This document shows positions 38,710-46,960 of a stretch of 64,000 nucleotides of DNA, piece by piece. Source of the stretch: Limisphaerales bacterium (GTDB taxonomy: Bacteria; Verrucomicrobiota; Verrucomicrobiia; Limisphaerales; JACDHS01); contig JBKJKE010000038.1 of assembly GCA_046597605.1 (NCBI GenBank), positions 75,703 to 139,702 on the forward strand, written 5' to 3'. Both the position numbers and the translations under genes were made by a program. Position 1 is the first letter of the stretch, and every line of letters begins with the position of its first letter. The notes under the pieces are model-generated. The model ran no database searches, had not been told where the DNA came from, and saw only the letters and a list, made by a program, of their open reading frames with translations.

Positions 38710-39516
38710 ATGAGAAAGTTCATCCACAAAATTCAGGATCTAAGCAAAAAAGCCGTTGAACTGAACCAGGCTTTACAAGGTTTACCCGGGAAAGCGGCGG
38801 AGGCGCGCCAGGCGATCGTGATGAGCGCGGGAGAACTCCAACAAATCCGGAGCGATGTTCAAACGAGCCTGAACGGCTTGCGCGCCACCAGCGAGAATGG
38901 GCTGCTCCAGGCCATGCGCGAGATCAATGATGCCACGGATATCTTCGAGGAAGCTGGCTATGAACTTACTGGGATGGATCTCGACCTCGCCCTGGCTCAA
39001 CGCCTGTCCGCGCAGCTGCAAAAGTTCGAAGATGTTCCTCACACGACGTTACAAACCTTGCTCGCGCAACAGACCGGGGAAACAATCAAGTCCGTCCTCT
39101 CCGGAATTATCAAAGCAGAAGAAACTGCTGCGAATATCGAACTCACGCATCTGAAGCTGGATGGTGTGATCATTCATGTGGGCGCCATTCCGATTATTCG
39201 GATGTGCTGGAGGAGCGACACGTTTGTTGAACAAGTCACAGCAGAGCCGGCCCAGCAATTCGTATCCACGGTTCCGTCAGTATCGGCAGCGGTTCCGCAG
39301 TCATCTGCTGCCTACGGCTCGGGTTCGTTCTTTGAACAGAAGGCCCCCAGTTCCGCGCAGACGGCTTTGCCCTATGCACCGTCCAGCGCCGAAGCAAAAC
39401 CATCCGCTTTCACCTCGTCCACGCACTGGGATAAAAAAGTGGTCGAAACCAGCGGAGCGAAAGTAAGCGCACTCGATCGTTTCAAGAAGATGCCGGATCT
39501 TTCGAAACGGGCGTGA
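38710..39516 (+). CDS. hypothetical helical protein (268 aa), downstream partner of the giant ATPase
   Basis: Starts 35 nt after the giant ORF stop. N-terminal coiled-coil-like region, Ser/Ala/Pro-rich tail. No motif. Confidence 0.5.
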   Translation: MRKFIHKIQDLSKKAVELNQALQGLPGKAAEARQAIVMSAGELQQIRSDVQTSLNGLRATSENGLLQAMREINDATDIFEEAGYELTGMDLDLALAQRLSAQLQKFEDVPHTTLQTLLAQQTGETIKSVLSGIIKAEETAANIELTHLKLDGVIIHVGAIPIIRMCWRSDTFVEQVTAEPAQQFVSTVPSVSAAVPQSSAAYGSGSFFEQKAPSSAQTALPYAPSSAEAKPSAFTSSTHWDKKVVETSGAKVSALDRFKKMPDLSKRA

Positions 39517-39547
39517 GAAGAGAGGTGCACTGAAGGACAGGAGTGAA

Positions 39548-40039
39548 TCACTTCTGATCCTCATTGGCCTTTCTAAGTTCTTCGTTGTGCTCTGCCAAAG
39601 CACGGACACGACTAATTTGGCCGTTCGATTCCCTCCAATAGGGCACGTTGTTTGTGTAGAAGAACCGGTCGAGCGATCGGAACTGTTGTTCAGGGTCCAA
39701 TTTGCTAGCTGGAAGAATTTCCTGGGAAATCTTCCCCTTCCGAATACGCACTATGCACATCCAATACCTTTTATCTGCACTACCGCCCCAATAGCGTGAA
39801 CCGGAGCACCACCTTTTTTCCCGCGAATGGTTGCACTTTGTGGCTACCCCGTTCTCTACGGCGAAATCAACCCATCCCTCATCCGCATCATTCAGGGACC
39901 GGCTGACCAGCGACGACTCACCATCCCAAATAACACTCCCATTAAGTGCATGAAGTTTCCCTGCGCGCCGCCGGACTCTACCTGATGTGTCTTGATGGTC
40001 TTTGGGCTTCGCCGTTGCTAGCCAACTCGCCGCCCACAC
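39548..40039 (-). CDS. hypothetical protein (doubtful; only C-terminal ~70 codons look protein-like)
   Basis: 163-aa ORF convergent with 38710-39516. The N-terminal half is Trp/Arg-rich and may be non-coding. Confidence 0.2.
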   Translation of the reverse strand: MWAASWLATAKPKDHQDTSGRVRRRAGKLHALNGSVIWDGESSLVSRSLNDADEGWVDFAVENGVATKCNHSREKRWCSGSRYWGGSADKRYWMCIVRIRKGKISQEILPASKLDPEQQFRSLDRFFYTNNVPYWRESNGQISRVRALAEHNEELRKANEDQK

Positions 40040-40136
40040 CCGGCCTCTCTGTCCGTTCGTATTCCTGCGGTCGCAGGTTTGCCTGCTGCTTTTTTCAGCC
40101 GCCGCCTCGCGGCATCAACCTTGCAGTTCGGCTACC

Positions 40137-40259
40137 GTTACTGGTCGTCGCGGGAGCCGCAACGGTCGAAAACACGCGTTACTGGCCGTCGCGGGAGCCG
40201 CAGCAGTCGAAAACACGCGTTACTAGTCGTCGCGGGAGCCGCAACGGGCGATAACGCGC
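40137..40259. repeat. three tandem 41-bp direct repeats (GTTACTGGTCGTCGCGGGAGCCGCAACGGTCGAAAACACGC) plus a partial fourth
   Basis: The three copies start at 40137, 40178 and 40219 and carry 3-5 substitutions each. Each copy contains the short palindrome GCGG-GAG-CCGC. Located 3' of the MidA-like methyltransferase gene. Confidence 0.8.
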
Positions 40260-40350
40260 GTTACGGGTGCTTATACAGATTCCAAAAGGGTGAAAAACGA
40301 GGAAAAGGACCCTTTCCGGGTTAAGACTCCTGCCTTCCTGCCCCTTTGGG

Positions 40351-41415
40351 TCATCGGCTTTGCACAACCACCTTGAACCTGGTGCCAAGATGACTTGGAT
40401 GAGTCAGAGTCTGGAACTGTGCCAGTCGTTTTCGATCCCACTGCGCCGCTGACATGGAAGTATTACTCAACAACTGGGTTAAGAATTTTGCCTGGGAATC
40501 GAAGAACTCTGTTTTCAGTCCAGCGGCTTCTCCCGCCGCGATGATGGCAGAAAAATTAATATGGGAAGTGATATCCTGATCTCCGGGATTGGCTAAAAGG
40601 TCCTCGACAAGATGATGTTTGAAATAAGCGCGGGCGGTTCCCCTGCTCCGTTCTGGCGAAAGGAGTTGTTCACCTGTGATCCCGTAATCGATTGCCACTA
40701 ACTTGCCTTGCTTCAGTTTTTCGGCAGCGGACTGCCACCAGAGAGAGGCAGCGGGTGAAATCTCGGTGGTGAAACCGTCAGGCAATACTTCGGCTAGTTC
40801 GCTCGGCACGAAAGGAAGTTCGAGTCGGTCGCCTGAAAAGTGATCCATCACCCAGAAGAATTCCCGATTCACAGTCCAAGACACTTTCAACTCCATCCAT
40901 TGATTCAATTGTTTATTCCAGGAGATGCGATGGAACGGCATCGCATCGAGCAACTCATTGGAAAAGACGATCCCGGTGAACGCTTCTACGTCATCCCAAC
41001 TTTCCGCCCACCAGGCGTGTGGGAAGTTCTGGAGCTTCTCTTGCTGCCAAGCCTGGTGAGTGGGCGACGGTTCAATGATTCCATAGCGAATTCTCTCCCC
41101 GAGTTTCGGATCGCACCGCCGCAACGCTTCAAGAATATCCAACGCAAGTTGACCGTCGTTTGCTCCGCATTCAACAATATGCAACGGGGTTGTTGCTTCG
41201 TATTGAGCCAGGCATTGAGAGAATTGAGCAGCCAGCAGTTCGCCGAATAGACATCCAACGCTGACACTGGTGTAAAAGTCTCCCGCGCGCCCGACTCTGC
41301 CCTTTTGTTCGTAATAACCAAGTGCTGGCGCGTAAAGTGCTAGTTCCATGAAACGAGCAAAAGAAATGGGTCCATTGTTCTCAATATCGCGAACGATGCT
41401 TTGTTTCAGATTCAT
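40351..41415 (-). CDS. class I SAM-dependent methyltransferase, MidA/DUF185 (NDUFAF7-like) family
   Basis: YYEQKGRVGRAGDFYTSVSVGCLFGELLA is the hallmark DUF185 N-terminal block. Start set at MNLKQSIV (41415). Divergent from pilT. Confidence 0.7.
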   Translation of the reverse strand: MNLKQSIVRDIENNGPISFARFMELALYAPALGYYEQKGRVGRAGDFYTSVSVGCLFGELLAAQFSQCLAQYEATTPLHIVECGANDGQLALDILEALRRCDPKLGERIRYGIIEPSPTHQAWQQEKLQNFPHAWWAESWDDVEAFTGIVFSNELLDAMPFHRISWNKQLNQWMELKVSWTVNREFFWVMDHFSGDRLELPFVPSELAEVLPDGFTTEISPAASLWWQSAAEKLKQGKLVAIDYGITGEQLLSPERSRGTARAYFKHHLVEDLLANPGDQDITSHINFSAIIAAGEAAGLKTEFFDSQAKFLTQLLSNTSMSAAQWDRKRLAQFQTLTHPSHLGTRFKVVVQSR

Positions 41416-41470
41416 TAACTTGCGGTTTAATGGGGTATAGGTAAAACTCCCATCTCTTTGCTTAGTAGTT

Positions 41471-42562
41471 ATGGCCAAAATTGACGCCTTTTTCAACCTG
41501 ATGCTGGAGCAAAAAGCTTCAGACTTGCACATGTCTTCAGGAAATCCGCCTATCCTGCGGATCAACGGTGAGTTGCAACGCGTGGATTATCCTCCGCTGG
41601 AAAACGACCAGTTGAAGACGATGCTCTACGAAATTTCTCCGGAATATAAGATCAAACATTTCGAAGAAACCGGCGATGTTGACTTCGGTTATGAAATTCC
41701 GGGAGTGTCTCGCTTTCGCGCAAACTTCTTCAACCAGAAGTACGGCATCGCCGCCGTCTTCCGCCAGATTCCTTCGAAGGTGTTGTCCTTTGATGACTTT
41801 GAAAAATTCGATGCTCCGATGCCAGGTGTTCTGAAGAAATTCTGCATGTTGCATCGTGGGCTGGTTGTCGTCACCGGGCCTACCGGTTCCGGTAAGTCCA
41901 CGACGCTCGCTGCGATGGTCGACTACTCGAACAAGAACCGCAAAGATCACATTATCACGGTTGAAGACCCGATCGAATTTGTGCACGAGAGCAAGAATTG
42001 CCTCGTGAACCATCGTGAAGTCGGCGTTCACACCAAGTCATTCGCGGCGGCACTCAAAGGTGCTCTCCGTGAAGATCCGGATATCGTGCTGGTCGGTGAG
42101 TTGCGGGATTTGGAAACCATCGAACTCGCGCTGACGGCTGCGAGCACAGGGCATTTGGTCTTCGGCACACTGCACACTCAGAGTGCTGCGAAAACCGTGG
42201 ATCGTATCATCGACGTTTTCCCTGCTGAACAGCAGAACAAAATCCGAGCCACCCTTTCTGAATCACTCAAGGGCATCGTCGCGCAGAACTTGTTCAAGCG
42301 CATTGATAAGAAAGGCCGTGTCGCAGCCCTTGAGATCCTGGTCTTTACCACGGCTGTCGCCAACCTGGTTCGCGAAGGAAAAACACATCAAATTCCCGGT
42401 ATGATTCAGGTCGGTAAGAAGCTCGGCAACATGCCGTTGGATGACAGCATCATGGAACATCTCCGCATGAAGCGTATTTCCCCGGAAGAAGCTTACGATA
42501 AGTGCCTTGATAAGAAAAAATTCCGTCCCTTCCTGGCGCACCCTCCTGAGGACGAAGAATAA
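41471..42562 (+). CDS. pilT: type IV pilus twitching-motility ATPase PilT
   Basis: MAKIDAFFNLMLEQKASDLHMSSGNPPILRINGEL N-terminus. Walker A GPTGSGKST. Conserved AIRH-like region GHLVFGTLHT. Confidence 0.9.
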   Translation: MAKIDAFFNLMLEQKASDLHMSSGNPPILRINGELQRVDYPPLENDQLKTMLYEISPEYKIKHFEETGDVDFGYEIPGVSRFRANFFNQKYGIAAVFRQIPSKVLSFDDFEKFDAPMPGVLKKFCMLHRGLVVVTGPTGSGKSTTLAAMVDYSNKNRKDHIITVEDPIEFVHESKNCLVNHREVGVHTKSFAAALKGALREDPDIVLVGELRDLETIELALTAASTGHLVFGTLHTQSAAKTVDRIIDVFPAEQQNKIRATLSESLKGIVAQNLFKRIDKKGRVAALEILVFTTAVANLVREGKTHQIPGMIQVGKKLGNMPLDDSIMEHLRMKRISPEEAYDKCLDKKKFRPFLAHPPEDEE

Positions 42563-42595
42563 GATTTTGTCGGACCAGTCACTTTTTGAAATAAT

Positions 42596-43828
42596 ATGCG
42601 CAGAAACGAACTCGATCATATCCTGAAAACGATGCTGGAAGGCCCAGCCATCGATTCTGCAACCAAGAAGGATATCTCCGATCTAAACTTTACGGTGGAT
42701 AAACCACTGCAAGTGGAACACATGGGCGAGTTGGTTGTGATTCAATCGGCACCTCCGATTGAGAAGTTGACCCCTTATCAGACAGAGATGGTTGCTCTCA
42801 ATCTGGTCGGGGCAAACTTCCGGTTGCTGGAAGACCTCCTGCGGTTTGGATCCTGCGACTGTGCTTATACCTTGACTGGCCTCGCCCGGTTTCGCGTAAA
42901 CATTTTTTCTCAACGCGGAAACTACTCTATCGTCTTGCGTAAGTTGAACACCAAGATTCCCTCACTGCAGGATTTGGAGATGCCGCAAATCTTCCGTGAG
43001 GTTGCGAAAGAGAAAACCGGGCTGGTGCTGGTCACTGGAGCAACTGGTTCTGGTAAATCAACAACGCTCGCTGCGTTGCTGGACGAGGTAAACGATACGC
43101 GCGCCGTTCACATCATTACTCTGGAGGATCCGGTAGAATTCATTCATGAACAGCGTTTGGCGACTTTCAATCAACGCGAACTCGGCAATGACTTTAGTAC
43201 TTTTGTTGCGGGGCTAAGGGCCGCGTTGCGTCAGGCACCCAAAATCATTCTGGTTGGGGAAATGCGTGATCGTGAAACGGTTGAAATTGCTTTGAGTGCT
43301 GCGGAAACGGGCCATCTGGTGATGAGCACATTGCACACAATCGACGCGGGACAAACGATCAATCGTGTTCTTGGTCTCTTTGATCAATCGGAACAGGAAC
43401 AGGTGAGGCGCCGGTTGTCAGATACCTTGCGTTGGGTTATTAGCCAACGTCTCGTGCCAAAAATCGGCGGGGGCCGTCTCGCACTCCTGGAAATCATGGG
43501 ATCGAACATGCGAACCCAGGAAACCATCATGCAGGGCGAAAGCGAAGGTAAGAGCTTCTATGAAATCGTAGAAGCGAGCTACCCGTTTGGCTGGCGCACT
43601 TTTGATGCTTCCTGCATCGAAGCGTATGAAAACGGTGCCATCACAGAAGAAACCGCCGAACTCTATTCCAGCAAAAAAGGTGTCGTCGTCCGCAAGATCG
43701 ATTACGTCAAGAAGGCTCGAGGTGAGGCAGCAATGAATTCAAACGATTTGCGTATGAAGTCGCTGTTGGATGCCAACCCGAGTGCCGGTGCCCCCCCCCA
43801 GATCCCGAACAGGCTAAAACTTAAATAA
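42596..43828 (+). CDS. PilT/PilU-family retraction ATPase paralog
   Basis: Walker A GATGSGKST. The GHLVMSTLHT block is paralogous to the upstream pilT. 410 aa with an extended C-terminal tail. Confidence 0.85.
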   Translation: MRRNELDHILKTMLEGPAIDSATKKDISDLNFTVDKPLQVEHMGELVVIQSAPPIEKLTPYQTEMVALNLVGANFRLLEDLLRFGSCDCAYTLTGLARFRVNIFSQRGNYSIVLRKLNTKIPSLQDLEMPQIFREVAKEKTGLVLVTGATGSGKSTTLAALLDEVNDTRAVHIITLEDPVEFIHEQRLATFNQRELGNDFSTFVAGLRAALRQAPKIILVGEMRDRETVEIALSAAETGHLVMSTLHTIDAGQTINRVLGLFDQSEQEQVRRRLSDTLRWVISQRLVPKIGGGRLALLEIMGSNMRTQETIMQGESEGKSFYEIVEASYPFGWRTFDASCIEAYENGAITEETAELYSSKKGVVVRKIDYVKKARGEAAMNSNDLRMKSLLDANPSAGAPPQIPNRLKLK

Positions 43829-43834
43829 GCAGTT

Positions 43835-44311
43835 ATGGCTACCGAATTCGATTTTATCAGTCCTTTTGACAAGCCCGCATTGATTCTCATCAATAATCCG
43901 GAGTGGGTTGATTATACCAAATCCGTATTGGTCGGACTGGGATATAAAGTGCATGCAGTGGATTCCCACGAAGAATTCACGCAGAAATTTTCAGAGATCC
44001 AGTATCACATCGTCCTGATCGATGAATCATTCGGAGGCTCCCTGGCAAACCCCACATTGCAGACCCTCCAACAAATGCCGATGGCCCAGCGACGCCACGC
44101 CATCATTTTGCTACTCGGTGGATCCGTGGAAAGTCTGAACGCGATGCAGGCATTCCAGAACAGTGTGCATGTCGTCGTAAACTATTCGGAAATCAGCCTC
44201 CTTGGCCAACTTGTCCAAAAGGCAATCAACGATAATGAGATTTTCCTGAAAGCTTATCGCGAGACCGCAAACCTCGTAGCGCACAGCAGGACGCAAAACC
44301 TGGGTATATAA
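43835..44311 (+). CDS. response-regulator receiver-like single-domain protein (weak)
   Basis: LILINNPEWV...YHIVLIDESFGG resembles a CheY-fold receiver with phospho-acceptor Asp in IVLID. It is the third gene of the pilT block. Confidence 0.4.
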   Translation: MATEFDFISPFDKPALILINNPEWVDYTKSVLVGLGYKVHAVDSHEEFTQKFSEIQYHIVLIDESFGGSLANPTLQTLQQMPMAQRRHAIILLLGGSVESLNAMQAFQNSVHVVVNYSEISLLGQLVQKAINDNEIFLKAYRETANLVAHSRTQNLGI

Positions 44312-44320
44312 ATCGCAGCC

Positions 44321-45064
44321 ATGTTGCGATTGGACCAGGCGATGGTGGAACGAGGCATTTCAGAGAGCCGCGAGAAAGCTAAACGTTCCATCCTGGCAGG
44401 ACAGGTGCGAGTAAACCAGCAGGTTGCGCAGAAGCCAAGTGACTCCATCAAGGCCAACGATGAAATCATCCTCGAAGCCCAGGATAAGTTCGTTAGCCGT
44501 GGAGGCCATAAAATCGAACATGCCTTGCAGCACTTCAAGATCGATGTAGCGAACCTTACTGCCCTGGATCTTGGTGCCTCCACCGGAGGGTTTACTGACT
44601 GTCTCCTCCAGCATGGAGCTACCAAGGTCTATGCCGTTGATGTTGGGCACGGACAATTAGCGTGGAAGTTGCGGAACGATCCACGAGTCGTGGTCATGGA
44701 GCGGACCAACGCAAGGCATCTGACTCCCACAAAATTTCCGCAGCCCTTTACATCCGTTGACCTGATTGTCGCCGATTGTTCCTTTATTTCTCTTAAAAAA
44801 ATTCTTCCACCTGCAATTGCATTGCTGCGTTCTCAAGGTAAAATCGCGGCCCTTGTGAAGCCGCAGTTTGAAGCGGGAAAGGAAGAAGCAGATCGGGGAG
44901 CGGGGGTAATAAAAGATCCCGAAATTCACGCCCGCGTGCTGGCAGAACTTAAACAGTTCTGCGAAGTAGAAATGAAGCTGAATTGGCTCGGGCAGACGGA
45001 GTCGCCCCTGTTGGGACCAGCAGGAAACAAAGAATTTTTGGTTTTGCTTGAAAAAGGCACCTGA
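44321..45064 (+). CDS. tlyA: TlyA-family rRNA 2'-O-methyltransferase (hemolysin A-like)
   Basis: N-terminal S4 domain MLRLDQAMVERGISESREKAKRSILAGQVRVN and FtsJ-like fold with LDLGASTGGFTDCLLQHGA. Confidence 0.85.
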   Translation: MLRLDQAMVERGISESREKAKRSILAGQVRVNQQVAQKPSDSIKANDEIILEAQDKFVSRGGHKIEHALQHFKIDVANLTALDLGASTGGFTDCLLQHGATKVYAVDVGHGQLAWKLRNDPRVVVMERTNARHLTPTKFPQPFTSVDLIVADCSFISLKKILPPAIALLRSQGKIAALVKPQFEAGKEEADRGAGVIKDPEIHARVLAELKQFCEVEMKLNWLGQTESPLLGPAGNKEFLVLLEKGT

Positions 45065-45932
45065 GAAAATTGAAAGAATCGGAATCATTGCGAACTCTGA
45101 GAAAGCTTCGAGTCGTGCGGTGGTTCGCGAAGCTGCCCGCCTCATTGCTAAAAAAGGCGGTATACTGGCAAGTGATGCAGCGACGGCAGAACTCTCAGGT
45201 ATGAAGGGGGAAACCTTTGACAGTGCCGCCTCCCTTGCTCGCAATGTGGACCTGCTCGTGGTTTGTGGGGGCGACGGGACCATGCTTCGCGTCGTTCGAG
45301 AGATCGAAGGTTCAACCACCCCGGTGTTTGGAATCAACGTCGGTCGGCTTGGATTTTTGACCGCTGTGCCGTCCCATCAGTTGAAAGATGCCTTTACGAA
45401 AATTTTCGCAGGGGATTACCAGGTGGAGACCCGTCCTCTGATTGAGGCATTTGGGGTGGCCCAGGGAGCAAAAATCAGACAGCCGGCACTCAACGATTTC
45501 GTAATTAGTCGTGGGGCGATACCGCGGATGATTGAACTGGAAGTAAGCATCAACGACGCTGCCATGACACGGTATCGCTGCGACGGACTGATCGTTAGCT
45601 CCCCGACAGGTTCAACTGCGTATTCTCTATCCGCAGGTGGTGCGATCATCAGCCCTGACGCTAATGTTTTCGCGATTACGCCAATCTGCCCCCATACCTT
45701 AACCAATCGCTCGGTCATCGTAAGTCTGGAAAGCAAGATCCAGGTAAAAGTGCTCAGCGAAAAGGTGGACACAACGATCAGCGCAGACGGACAGGTTCAG
45801 ATCGATCTCGACGCTGGCGATTCAGTGACCATCAAGAGAAATCGGCGGTCGGTCCGTTTATTGCACCTCGCGGGAACTTCTTTTTTCGATACAGTTCGCC
45901 GCAAGCTGCACTGGAGCGGCTCAAACGTTTAA
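45048..45932 (+). CDS. nadK: NAD(+) kinase
   Basis: GGDGTMLR motif and NAD-kinase length (294 aa). Classic tlyA-nadK adjacency. Confidence 0.9.
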   Translation: MKKAPEKIERIGIIANSEKASSRAVVREAARLIAKKGGILASDAATAELSGMKGETFDSAASLARNVDLLVVCGGDGTMLRVVREIEGSTTPVFGINVGRLGFLTAVPSHQLKDAFTKIFAGDYQVETRPLIEAFGVAQGAKIRQPALNDFVISRGAIPRMIELEVSINDAAMTRYRCDGLIVSSPTGSTAYSLSAGGAIISPDANVFAITPICPHTLTNRSVIVSLESKIQVKVLSEKVDTTISADGQVQIDLDAGDSVTIKRNRRSVRLLHLAGTSFFDTVRRKLHWSGSNV

Positions 45933-45934
45933 AT

Positions 45935-46960
45935 ATGGTTCGCCTCAAAGACATCGCCCAATGTGCCGGAGTTTCCGTGATGACAGTGTCCAAAGCACTG
46001 CGTGACGAAACCGACATCTCCGCTACCACCAAAGCACGCATCAAGCTGCTGGCTGAACAATTGGGCTACGTCCCCGACTCGGTTGCACAGGGATTGCGGA
46101 ATAAAAGGACGAAGCTCCTTGGCATGGTGATTTCGTCCACGACCAATCCGGTTTACGCCCGAATGGTCATGTCCATTGAAGATCAAGCCTATGAGCTTGG
46201 TTACGAACTTATCCTGGCCCAAAGCAGAAACACCCCGGAGCGGGAAGATGTCCAGATCAGACGTTTATTGTCCCGACGGGTGGATGGAATTCTCATTTCT
46301 CCTGTCTACCGCCTGGCCCCGACTGCGCCGATTTATGAAGAGTTGAAACGTCGTCAAACTCCGGTGGTCATTCTAGGTCATCTGGCGACGTTCTGCGCTC
46401 AATTTCCGAATGTCGAAACCGATGACATCGCAGGGAGCTACAACGTCACGCGCCATCTCCTGCAACTAGGACATCGTCACATCGCCTACTTCTCCGGCCC
46501 GGTCGCATCGCCGTTCGCACAGGAACGTTATGAAGGCTATAAGCGGGCTTTAAGGGAGGTAAAACTCGAACCGGACGACAAACTGGTATTCAACGCAGGC
46601 ACCACGATTGATGAAGGCGAAAAAGCCGCATTACAGTTTCTTAATGAAACGTCCAATGCCACAGCAATCCAGGCGTTCAATGATTTAGTGGCAATCGGTG
46701 CGGCGAATGTCTTGCTCAACCAGGGAGTCAAGATTCCGAAGGACATTTCGATTGCTGGCTTCGGTAATATCTTAACTTCAGAGCATTTCCGGGTTCCCCT
46801 GACGACGGTGCGACAGCCCAAAGCGCGTCTCGGCGTCGCGGCAATGGATTCGTTGATGAAGGTCATTCGCGGGGAACGCCCAGAGACAAAACGATTGCCC
46901 GCGGAATTACTGATCCGCAAAAGCACGGGAGCGCCATCCGAAACCAAGTTAGGCGCTTAA
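45935..46960 (+). CDS. LacI-family transcriptional regulator
   Basis: N-terminal HTH MVRLKDIAQCAGVSVMTVSKALRD and periplasmic-binding-protein-like C-terminal domain. Confidence 0.85.
   Translation: MVRLKDIAQCAGVSVMTVSKALRDETDISATTKARIKLLAEQLGYVPDSVAQGLRNKRTKLLGMVISSTTNPVYARMVMSIEDQAYELGYELILAQSRNTPEREDVQIRRLLSRRVDGILISPVYRLAPTAPIYEELKRRQTPVVILGHLATFCAQFPNVETDDIAGSYNVTRHLLQLGHRHIAYFSGPVASPFAQERYEGYKRALREVKLEPDDKLVFNAGTTIDEGEKAALQFLNETSNATAIQAFNDLVAIGAANVLLNQGVKIPKDISIAGFGNILTSEHFRVPLTTVRQPKARLGVAAMDSLMKVIRGERPETKRLPAELLIRKSTGAPSETKLGA

Noticed and set aside
39946-40254. ORFs 39946-40254, 40002-40226 and 40079-40324 (+)
   Set aside because: They are generated by the 3 x 41-bp repeats (RRGSRNGR repeated in translation) and have no start context.
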